Part shown: piece after piece, positions 56,379 to 64,000 of the stretch
Position numbering within the stretch: position 1 is the first letter of the stretch
Layout: every line of letters starts with the position of its first letter
Source: Dehalococcoidia bacterium
Lineage (GTDB): Bacteria; Chloroflexota; Dehalococcoidia; Lucifugimonadales; UBA3495
Length of the DNA: 64,000 nt
Reading direction: 5' to 3'
Assembly (NCBI GenBank): GCA_963668505.2
Contig: CAXXWY010000022.1
Span: forward strand, 86,613-150,612
Program-made: the position numbers and the translations under genes
The notes under the pieces: generated by a model
Told to the model about the DNA's origin: nothing
Database searches by the model: none
What the model saw: the letters and a program-made list of their open reading frames with translations, nothing else

Positions 56379-56677
56379 TCGGCTCCCGTCACTTATTTGG
56401 TAGGGTGCCAAGAGATTATGCGCTAGTCTAGGCTCGAACTGTATTCTACTTTGGTACCCTGAGACAGTCTACTACCGTGAGGAGAGTTCACAGAGTTTCT
56501 CGGACGAGGGCACGCATGCGGGTTTGTGCAATGGGTGAATGCCCCCTATCCCTCTGGCGTTGGTACGGCTATTGCAAAAAGAACAATGGCTCTGGACGAG
56601 GCATGCCATAGGTTGACTGTACAAGCATGGGGGCGGCATACTGGCGTCGTCTTGAGCCTCTATCCTGCGGGAGACGC

Positions 56678-57505
56678 ATGCCTACAGTTACGATCAACGG
56701 GGTCAATATTTACTACGAGAGTCACGGAGAGGGGTTTCCGCTGGCGCTGGCCTATGGGTTGGGCGGCAGCACGGCGCAGTGGAAGCCGCAGGTTGCCGCT
56801 TTCTCGCAGCGGTACCGGCTGATTCTCTGGGACCCCAAGGGCCACGGCGGTTCGGACTCTCCCCCGGAGGCCAGCGACTACGGGCAGGATATTTCGGCCA
56901 ACGACCTGAAGGGGCTGCTGGATCACCTGGGTATCCAGCAGGCCTACGTCGGGGGCCTGTCGATGGGCGCAGGCATTGCCGTGCGGTTCGCCGCGCTGCA
57001 TCCGCGGCGGATGGCGGCGCTGTTAATCTTCGACTCAGCAACAGCGTCAGGGAGGGGGCCTACCGCGGAGTCACGGAGCGTCCGGGAGGAGATTATCCGC
57101 CTGGCGGATACGGAAGGGATGGCGGCGGTGGCGGATTATTCGATCAAACACAACCCAAACGTGACGAGCAGCCCGGTGAGGGGCAAGAACCTGGAAGAGC
57201 GGATCCGGCGGATGTACATGTCGTTGAATCCCGTGGGGTATGCTCACACCTGCCGGATGCTGCTCAGGGACGCTTTCGATAGTAGCTTGCTGGAGGGGAT
57301 TGAAACGCCGACTTTTGTGCTGGCGGGGGACCAAGACCCGGCTTTGTCCGCCTGCCGCTGGATTCATGGGAAAATCAGGGGGTCCCGGCTGGTGGTAATA
57401 CCCGATGCGGGACATCTTTCCAACAGGGACCAGCCGGAGGCGTTTAACGCGGCGACGCTGGACTTTTTGGCGGGCGTGGATGCGGCGCGGGAGGCCTCTG
57501 CATAA
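56678..57505 (+). CDS. Alpha/beta hydrolase (enol-lactonase-like)
   Basis: Start at ATG 56678 (MPTVTINGVNIYYESHGEG); GLSMGAG nucleophile elbow; PDAGHLSN. Confidence 0.8.
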   Translation: MPTVTINGVNIYYESHGEGFPLALAYGLGGSTAQWKPQVAAFSQRYRLILWDPKGHGGSDSPPEASDYGQDISANDLKGLLDHLGIQQAYVGGLSMGAGIAVRFAALHPRRMAALLIFDSATASGRGPTAESRSVREEIIRLADTEGMAAVADYSIKHNPNVTSSPVRGKNLEERIRRMYMSLNPVGYAHTCRMLLRDAFDSSLLEGIETPTFVLAGDQDPALSACRWIHGKIRGSRLVVIPDAGHLSNRDQPEAFNAATLDFLAGVDAAREASA

Positions 57506-58060
57506 CTCCGGTTGTCCGTTCTCCCTTCGAGAGCCTCAGGACAGAGTCAGGCCGAACGGACGGGCTGCCGCCCTGCCCCCCACCTGTCATTCCGGCGGAA
57601 GCCGGAATCCAGAGAGTCTCAAATGAAACAACCCTGCAGGTACATCGATGTCAGGGGCTGGGATGACGGGGGGGCTCGCCGGAGGGAATGCTACGATGTT
57701 GGTGTACAGGCGCTCTGGATTCCGGCTCGGGGGCCGGAATAACGGGTTGGGGGTGATGGGGCGCCGGGGGCGCCGCGGCGTACCCCACCCCCGCCCGGCA
57801 GTACCCCCTTCGAGAGCCTCAGGACGAACGGACAGCCTGTGCTCCGGGTAGGCTATGGCTTGGTGCGTGGGGATTGGTGAGGTAGGGAGCGAGATTCCCG
57901 CCTGAGCTTGCCGTACCATTCAAAGCGTAGCGGAGGGCAGCGGGGAATCGGAGGGGCGGTCGTGGCTGGCAATCCGGGACTTGAGATTCCTCGGCTTCGC
58001 TCGGAATGACAAGTTGGAGGGGGGTCGCGGGCTGGGGCGGCAATGCCGGCTGGGCGAGGT
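57506..58060. repeat. Array of REP/MITE-like palindromes
   Basis: tgtcattccggcggaagccggaatcc (57586-57611), ggattccggctcgggggccggaataacggg (57717-57746), cccttcgagagcctcaggacgaacgg units, gagattcctcggcttcgctcggaatgaca (57985-58013). Confidence 0.8.
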
Positions 58061-58107
58061 TCTATAACGGGGGTATGGTTTTAGATTGCGGCATATAGGG
58101 GGTTGGG

Positions 58108-58881
58108 TTGGCCCTTTTAGAGGTTGAAGAGCTTTCGATCCGGTTTGGTGGCATATTGGCCCTGGACGGGGTCGGGTTCTCGGTGGACGATGCGGAGATT
58201 GTGTCGATTATTGGGCCCAACGGGGCGGGAAAGACGACGGTCTTTAACTGCATCACCCGAATCTACGACCCCATGAATGGGTCAATCCGGTTCATGGGAC
58301 GGGACCTGCTGAAGATGCGCCCCCACGAGTTGGCATCGAACGGCGTGGCGCGGACGTTCCAGAACCTGGAGCTGTTCTCGTCGATGTCCGTGCTGGAGAA
58401 CCTGCTGGTGGGGCAACACTCGAACGTACGGTACAACGCGCTGGACGCGGTGTTTCGCCTGCCACGACAGAGACGCCAGGAGCGAGAGGCCCGCGCGAGG
58501 GCCGAGGATACCCTGGGGCTGCTGGACCTGGAGCAGGTGCGGGACACACCCATTCACGCACTGCCCTATGACGTAAAGAAGAGGGCGGAGATAGCACGGG
58601 CCCTGGTGTCCCGGCCTAGGCTGGTGCTGCTGGACGAGCCGGCGGGCGGGCTGACACACCAGCAAGTGGACTCGATAGCGGGCATCATCCGGGAGATACG
58701 GGACGAACTGGGAGTGGCAGTGCTGCTGGTGGAGCACCGGATGGGGCTGGTGATGGGGGTATCGGACCGGGTGTGCGTGCTGAATTTCGGCCGGAAGATC
58801 GCGGATGGGACGCCGGTAGAGATACGTAATGACCCGGAAGTAATCCAGACATATCTTGGGGCGTCGAATGCTGAAGATTAA
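58108..58881 (+). CDS. livG: Branched-chain amino-acid ABC transporter ATP-binding protein
   Basis: 257-aa ORF (TTG start); GPNGAGKTT, LPYDVKKRAEIARAL, LLDEPAGG. Confidence 0.85.
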   Translation: MALLEVEELSIRFGGILALDGVGFSVDDAEIVSIIGPNGAGKTTVFNCITRIYDPMNGSIRFMGRDLLKMRPHELASNGVARTFQNLELFSSMSVLENLLVGQHSNVRYNALDAVFRLPRQRRQEREARARAEDTLGLLDLEQVRDTPIHALPYDVKKRAEIARALVSRPRLVLLDEPAGGLTHQQVDSIAGIIREIRDELGVAVLLVEHRMGLVMGVSDRVCVLNFGRKIADGTPVEIRNDPEVIQTYLGASNAED

Positions 58882-59575
58882 GGACATTCACGTCTCTTAC
58901 GGGCAGGCGCCCGCCCTGCACGGCGTTTCGCTGGAAGCGCCGGAAGGGCAAATCGTGACAATTCTGGGGGCCAACGGGGCGGGGAAGAGCACGACAATCA
59001 GGGCGGCGGCGGGGCTCATACCGGTCATGGCGGGAGGTATTGAGTTCGCGGGCAAGGAAATCACCGGGCTGTCTACCGAGGCCATCGTGAGGCTGGGCAT
59101 CTGCGCGGTCCCGGAAGGACGGCAGTTATTCGGCGAGATGACGGTGTTGGAAAACCTGCGTCTTGGAGCCTATACCCGGGGCGAGGGAAGGGACTTCCGC
59201 CGACAGTTGGATATGGCGCTTTCGTACTTCCCCGCGTTGGAAGAGCGGCTGTCCATAACGTCTCACCTGCTTAGCGGCGGGGAGCAGCAGATGCTGGCCA
59301 TCGGGCGGGCGCTCATGGCGCGGCCGCGACTGCTGATGCTGGACGAACCGTCGCTGGGGCTGGCGCCGCTGCTGGCCCAGGATATGTTTTCCAGAATCAA
59401 GGACCTGAGCGAGGGCGAGGGCATAACGGTGCTGCTGGCCGAGCAGGCGGCGAACCTGGCGGTGGGCATTGCCGGGTACGGCTACGTGTTGGAAGGAGGC
59501 AAGGTGGCGCTGGGGGACACTGCCGAGAACCTGCTGGACAACGAAGGGGTGCGCAGCGCCTATTTGGGGCTATAA
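58868..59575 (+). CDS. livF: Branched-chain amino-acid ABC transporter ATP-binding protein
   Basis: ATG 58868 (MLKIKDIHVSYG), overlaps livG by 14 nt; GANGAGKST, LSGGEQQMLAIGRAL, LMLDEPSLGLAP. Confidence 0.85.
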   Translation: MLKIKDIHVSYGQAPALHGVSLEAPEGQIVTILGANGAGKSTTIRAAAGLIPVMAGGIEFAGKEITGLSTEAIVRLGICAVPEGRQLFGEMTVLENLRLGAYTRGEGRDFRRQLDMALSYFPALEERLSITSHLLSGGEQQMLAIGRALMARPRLLMLDEPSLGLAPLLAQDMFSRIKDLSEGEGITVLLAEQAANLAVGIAGYGYVLEGGKVALGDTAENLLDNEGVRSAYLGL

Positions 59576-59614
59576 GCGGGGCCTGGGAACGCAGCCTGAG
59601 AAACGCCGGGGATT

Positions 59615-60502
59615 ATGGACCTTTTTCTGCAACAGCTAATCAGCGGCATCGCCAGCGGCAGCCTGTTCGCCATCTTGGCGCTGGGCATGGTGTTGATTTA
59701 CCGTTCCACGAGGACGTTCAACTTCGCCCAAGGCCAGATGGCCATGTTCTCGACGTTCGTTGCATGGTCGGCGTTGAGCACGGCCATGGGCTTCTGGCCG
59801 GCGTTCTTCCTGACATTGTTGTCGGCCCTGGCTATGGGAGCGTTGGTGGAGTGGCTAATCGTGAGACGGGTGGAGGGGACAACGGAACTGAACAGCCTGA
59901 TAGTGGCCCTGGGGCTGTTCCTGGTATTCGACGGTCTGGCCCTGTATATATGGGGGCCGCTGCCCAGGGGGTTCGGCCCGTTCAGCGTGTTCAGCGGCGG
60001 AGCGACCTGCGCCGGAGACGTCTGCATCGGGCGGTTGAACCTGGGAATCCTGGCGGCGTCGGGCATCATCGTGGCCCTGTTGTACCTGCTGTTCCAGCGC
60101 ACCAAGTTTGGCCTGGCGATGCGTGCGACGGCGCAAAACCGGCTGGCCAGCCGGCTGGTGGGCATACCGGTGGGCCGGATGTTGAGCACCGGCTGGGCGC
60201 TGGGGACGGCGGTGGGAGCGATAGCCGGGATACTGGCGGCGCAAAGCCTGGGGCTGGACATCAACACCATGTTTTCCGTTTTGCTTTTCGCCCTAGCGGC
60301 GGCGGTGCTGGGAGGCCTGGACAGCCCGGCGGGGGCCGTGGCCGGCGGACTGGTAATCGGAGTGGTCAAGAACATGGCGGGCACATACGCGCCCTCAAGC
60401 ATAGGGGGCATCGACTTGACCGTGGCTTTCCTAGTGATAGTGTTGGTGCTGATGGTGCGACCGACTGGCATATTCGGGCGGACCAGCCAGAGGCGGGTGT
60501 AG
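59615..60502 (+). CDS. livH: Branched-chain amino-acid ABC transporter permease
   Basis: 295-aa multi-TM ORF; MDLFLQQLISGIASGSLFAILALGMVLIY is a typical LivH N-terminus. Confidence 0.85.
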   Translation: MDLFLQQLISGIASGSLFAILALGMVLIYRSTRTFNFAQGQMAMFSTFVAWSALSTAMGFWPAFFLTLLSALAMGALVEWLIVRRVEGTTELNSLIVALGLFLVFDGLALYIWGPLPRGFGPFSVFSGGATCAGDVCIGRLNLGILAASGIIVALLYLLFQRTKFGLAMRATAQNRLASRLVGIPVGRMLSTGWALGTAVGAIAGILAAQSLGLDINTMFSVLLFALAAAVLGGLDSPAGAVAGGLVIGVVKNMAGTYAPSSIGGIDLTVAFLVIVLVLMVRPTGIFGRTSQRRV

Positions 60503-60504
60503 CC

Positions 60505-61575
60505 ATGCGAGCCGCCCTGCTGAGACCGAAAGCGGCCGGGTTGCTGCTGCTGGCCGTGCTGCTGGCGGTGTTCCCGTTCCTTCACGAGTGGCCTTTCTTC
60601 GGGATGTTCCTGGGGGAATTCCGGACGTTCAACGCGACGATGTTCGCCGTCTGGCTGCTGATTCTCCTTGGCATGAACCTGCTGACCGGGTACAGCGGAC
60701 AGGTCTCGCTGGGACACGCGGCGCTGGTGCTGGTGAGCGCCTACATGACGGCGGTGCTCTCGCAGCAATACGGGTTTCCGCTGTGGGGGGCCATCGTCAC
60801 AGCGACGGCGGCGACGGCCGTCGCGGGCTGGGTGGTGATAGGGATCCCCGCGGTGCGGCTGAGGGGCCCCTACCTGGCAATCGCCACTTTCGGGCTGATG
60901 CTGGCCTTGCCCCAGATTCTCAAGCTGCAGGCATTGACACAGTGGACCAACGGCGCATTGGGCATTGGAGGCGGCATCGTGGAGCCGCCCGGCGTATTGG
61001 CGTCTGCTCTGGACAGCCGGGAGTGGCTGTACTACGCAGCAATAGCGGCGGCAGCGGTGATGACGGTGGTGTTTGTAAACCTTACGCGGAGCCGTATAGG
61101 CCGTGCCCTTATAGCCTTGCGGGACAGCGAGATAGGCGCGGAGCAGATGGGGGTGGACGTGCGCAAACACAAGGCGATGGCCTTTGGCATCAGTTCGCTG
61201 TATGCGGGCCTGGGGGGAGGCCTGTTTTTTGCAGTGCAGGGATTTGTGTCGCCCGACAGCCTTAGTTTCATAGATTCGATATTCTTCCTGGTGGCGATCG
61301 TCATTGGAGGATTGGGCAGCGTATTGGGGTCGATAATAGCGGCGCTGTTCTTGACGTTTCAGTCTGAAGCAGTCAGCGAATTATCGAAAGTAATTCCAGG
61401 GGCAGACAACCTGCGGAACGTGATATTCGGGGGGGCGCTGATAGGGGCCGTAATCTTGTTCCCTCGGGGCATTGCGGGATTTATCCAAAGACCAAGATGG
61501 CCGAGGCTGAGGGGTTGGATCCTTGGCGATATACGGGCGTCGCGTCCGTGGCGGTGGGTTTCGCGGCTGGGGTAA
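60505..61575 (+). CDS. livM: Branched-chain amino-acid ABC transporter permease
   Basis: C-terminal 356 aa of track ORF 59764..61575, starting at ATG 60505 just after the livH stop; LLTGYSGQVSLGHAA motif. Confidence 0.8.
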   Translation: MRAALLRPKAAGLLLLAVLLAVFPFLHEWPFFGMFLGEFRTFNATMFAVWLLILLGMNLLTGYSGQVSLGHAALVLVSAYMTAVLSQQYGFPLWGAIVTATAATAVAGWVVIGIPAVRLRGPYLAIATFGLMLALPQILKLQALTQWTNGALGIGGGIVEPPGVLASALDSREWLYYAAIAAAAVMTVVFVNLTRSRIGRALIALRDSEIGAEQMGVDVRKHKAMAFGISSLYAGLGGGLFFAVQGFVSPDSLSFIDSIFFLVAIVIGGLGSVLGSIIAALFLTFQSEAVSELSKVIPGADNLRNVIFGGALIGAVILFPRGIAGFIQRPRWPRLRGWILGDIRASRPWRWVSRLG

Positions 61576-61724
61576 AAGGGCCATGCAGCCTTTGCCGACC
61601 AGGCAAAGCGATGAAGCTGCGAAGGTCCTCCGAAGGATACCGAAGCGTGTGGTATAATCCGCCGTTGATGCACTGGGTAGGACTCTGAATTCATGGAAAT
61701 ACACCAGTTGAAAAGGATGAAGGC

Positions 61725-63158
61725 ATGAGGTTCTCGATCAGATATTGGGCCTTGTTTCTTGCCGCGTTAATGACCGCGCTGTTCCTGTTGGCAGCTTGCG
61801 GAGACGGCAACGGGGGAGCGCCGACAGCCACCGAGGAAGTTACGGCGCTGCCCGCGACCGAGGAAGCGGAGACACCGGCAGTCACCGAGGAAGCCACGGC
61901 TCCGCCCGCGACCGAGGAAGCGGAGACGCCGGTAGCCACAGCGGAAGCTACGGCTCCGCCTGCGACCGAAGAAGCGGAGACACCGATGCCCGGCGAGGAT
62001 GCGATGGTCCCCGGGGTTACTGATGATGAGATAGTGCTGGGGACGCACACCGCGCTGACGGGACCTGTAGCCGTGTACGCCCAGATCGCCGGCGCAATGA
62101 AGGCCTACTTCGACTACGTCAACGACACCAAGGGAGGAGTCAACGGCCGGACAATCAAGCTCATAATAGAGGACGACGCCTACTCTCCACCCAAGACGGT
62201 GGAACTGGTCCGCAAGCTGGTGGAGCAGGACCAGATATTCGCCCTGGTCAACGGCTTCGGCACGCCTACCCATCTGCAAGTCGTCGACTACCTGCAGGAG
62301 AGGGGCGTGCCCGACCTCTTCGTGGCGACCGGCGCCATCGAGTGGGTAAAGGACCCAGAGGCCAGGCCAACGGTGTTTGGCTCGATCCCCAACTACGTCG
62401 CCGAGGGGGTCATACTGGGGCAATATATCGCAGAGACTTATCCCGGACAGAAGTTGGGGTTGATGCGGCAGAACGACGATTTCGGCGTGGACGGAATGGA
62501 AGGCATCCGGCGGGGAGTGGGCGACGCACTGGAGATCGTGGGCGAGGAGATCCACGAGGTGCTGGACGTGGACCTGTCCTCTCAGGTAGACCGGCTCCGG
62601 GCGTCGGGGGCCGACGTAATCGCCATCTGGGCTACTCCCAACCATTTCGCCTCGGCGGTCAAACACGCCCGGTTGAACCTAAACTGGGACGTTCCCTTTG
62701 TATTGAGCATAGTCAGTTCCAACGAATTAACCGTGTTATTGAGCGGGCCAGAGGTCATGGAAGGCACAGTGTCCCTGGCATATCTCGCCTCGCCTTATGA
62801 ACTCGAAAACCCCAATGTCGCTAAACACCATCAACTGGTCATAGAGTCTATGGGCGTGGAAGGCGGCAACACCTTGACCCTGTACGGCCAGTACATCGGC
62901 GAGTTGGTGGAGGAGGCCCTCAATAGGGCTGGCAGAGACCTCACTCGCGAGGGCTTGATTGAGGCCGTAGAGTCAATATCCGATTTCTGGTGCTCTATCT
63001 GCCTGGGGCCGGTCAACATGAGCCCCACGGACCACGACCCCCTCCAAGGAGCATTTCTGGTACGCGCCGAGGGGGGAAGGTGGGTGCGTTTCGGCGGCCT
63101 AATTTCCTACGAGGGAGTCCTGCCGGGCGACATGACGGTAGAGGACTTGGAGAAGTAG
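61725..63158 (+). CDS. ABC-transporter substrate-binding lipoprotein (LivK/Peripla_BP_6-like) with acidic TEEAET repeats
   Basis: 477-aa ORF; lipobox LLAACGDG; 54-bp tandem repeat 61851-61985 encoding ATEEAETP(A/V)...; GVNGRTIKLIIEDDAYSPPK. Confidence 0.85.
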   Translation: MRFSIRYWALFLAALMTALFLLAACGDGNGGAPTATEEVTALPATEEAETPAVTEEATAPPATEEAETPVATAEATAPPATEEAETPMPGEDAMVPGVTDDEIVLGTHTALTGPVAVYAQIAGAMKAYFDYVNDTKGGVNGRTIKLIIEDDAYSPPKTVELVRKLVEQDQIFALVNGFGTPTHLQVVDYLQERGVPDLFVATGAIEWVKDPEARPTVFGSIPNYVAEGVILGQYIAETYPGQKLGLMRQNDDFGVDGMEGIRRGVGDALEIVGEEIHEVLDVDLSSQVDRLRASGADVIAIWATPNHFASAVKHARLNLNWDVPFVLSIVSSNELTVLLSGPEVMEGTVSLAYLASPYELENPNVAKHHQLVIESMGVEGGNTLTLYGQYIGELVEEALNRAGRDLTREGLIEAVESISDFWCSICLGPVNMSPTDHDPLQGAFLVRAEGGRWVRFGGLISYEGVLPGDMTVEDLEK

Positions 63159-63268
63159 CCAGGCATGGCCTGAGATAGATTCGTGATGCCCCCGCTGCTG
63201 TCTGCCGGCTTGGGAACGCCGACCCAGGGGATGACCGTGAGGCCGGGGCGGGCCCGGAGGTACTTGGG

Positions 63269-64000
63269 ATGAACGGGCCGGCCAACCCGGACGAATGGGC
63301 AGCGTTCGTCGAACTGGCCAGCCGGCGGGATGAAGAGGTCGACCCGGCCACGGCGGCCCTGCTGATTGCATCGACGGAGTACCATGAGCTGGATATAAGC
63401 CGTCAGCTAGAGGTGTTGGACTCTCTGTCCGCTGGAGCGGCCCGGCGCCTAACCCCAGACCGGGAACCCTTGCACCAACTCAACACGCTGAGCGAGCACC
63501 TGTTCGACGACATGGGGTTCCGGGGCAATACGGAAGGCTACTACGATCCCCGGAACAGCTTCCTGAACGAGGTATTGAGCCGCCGGTTGGGCATTCCCAT
63601 CACGCTGGCGCTGGTGTTCATCGAGGTGGGCAAGCGCCTGGGAATACCCCTGTCGGGCGTGGGAATGCCGGGGCATCTGCTGGTAACGCACCCGGAGGTG
63701 GAGGGATGGTACATAGACCCATTCCACCGGGGTGTTTTGCTTTCGGAAGAGGAATGCGCGGAGAGGATGAGGCAGGCGACGGGGGCGAACATAGCATGGG
63801 ACTCGAGGTTCTTGACCCCGCTAAACAACCGGCAGTACGTTGCGCGGATATTGCGCAACTTGAAGGGCATTTACTGGCAATCCCAAGACCACCAGCGGGG
63901 CCTTGGGATGAGCGAACACCTGGTGGCGCTATACCCGGATTCGGCCCAGGAAAGGCGGGACCGGGGGTTGATGCGCTTGCGGTTGGGACAACGCCAGGAA
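63269..64000 (+). CDS. SirB1-like (transglutaminase-like/TPR, UPF0162) protein, 3' end cut by window edge
   Basis: Not in the ORF track; hand translation from ATG 63269 is open to position 64000: ...YYDPRNSFLNEVLSRRLGIPITLALVFIEVGKRLGIPLSGVGMPGHLLV... Confidence 0.65.
   Translation, partial: MNGPANPDEWAAFVELASRRDEEVDPATAALLIASTEYHELDISRQLEVLDSLSAGAARRLTPDREPLHQLNTLSEHLFDDMGFRGNTEGYYDPRNSFLNEVLSRRLGIPITLALVFIEVGKRLGIPLSGVGMPGHLLVTHPEVEGWYIDPFHRGVLLSEEECAERMRQATGANIAWDSRFLTPLNNRQYVARILRNLKGIYWQSQDHQRGLGMSEHLVALYPDSAQERRDRGLMRLRLGQRQE

Noticed and set aside
56412-56626. Promoter of the island operon (TAGACT-17-TAGAAT and a CATAAT box on the minus strand)
   Set aside because: The matches to consensus are weak and there are several equally poor alternatives, so none is listed as a feature.
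59698-61170. 490-aa minus-strand ORF
   Set aside because: It is antisense to livH/livM. Its Arg/Pro/His-rich composition shows no membrane or enzyme features, while the plus strand encodes textbook permeases.
59764-61575. 603-aa plus-strand ORF suggesting a large fused protein
   Set aside because: The first ~247 aa are an out-of-frame read across livH. Only the part from ATG 60505 (immediately after the livH stop) looks like LivM.

Overview
High-GC bacterial chromosomal window. (PT)n linkers, dense GC-rich REP/MITE-like palindromes and several family-III CoA-transferases suggest Chloroflexota, but that is only a guess. 1-30 kb holds ordinary core genes (nnr, dcd, radC, purA, dapA-asd-dapB, pnp, rpsO), a cluster of secreted proteins and lipoproteins, a tandem-fused CoA-transferase, a beta-carbonic anhydrase and an orphan LivK-type binding protein. 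30-48 kb is a plastic zone. It contains an IS110-family element sitting inside a REP hairpin, a run of multiply frameshifted genes (SulP permease, small membrane proteins, CoA-transferase, comF, one unknown) and tRNA-Ile(GAU). It also holds a 1.14-kb two-gene cassette in tandem duplicate (coiled-coil ORF plus a ~400-bp TIR/TSD-bounded DUF559 endonuclease element) and a ~1,820-aa secreted FN3-rich giant protein. The 34.1-43.7 kb stretch is bracketed by inverted repeat arms. 49.8-56.4 kb is an AT-richer, tightly packed five-gene minus-strand operon: GNAT-ABC ATPase-ASCH-like fusion, HerA/FtsK-type ATPase, unknown 391-aa protein, single-HKD PLD nuclease, ORC/Cdc6-like AAA+ ATPase. I consider it the best candidate for an undescribed defence (possibly modification-restriction-like) system. 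56.6-64 kb holds an alpha/beta hydrolase, a REP array, a livGFHM plus binding-protein operon and a 3'-truncated SirB1-like gene. At least ten genes have frame disruptions, mostly at short homopolymers, so read-level verification is needed before calling them pseudogenes. All family assignments come from motifs read by eye; no searches were run.
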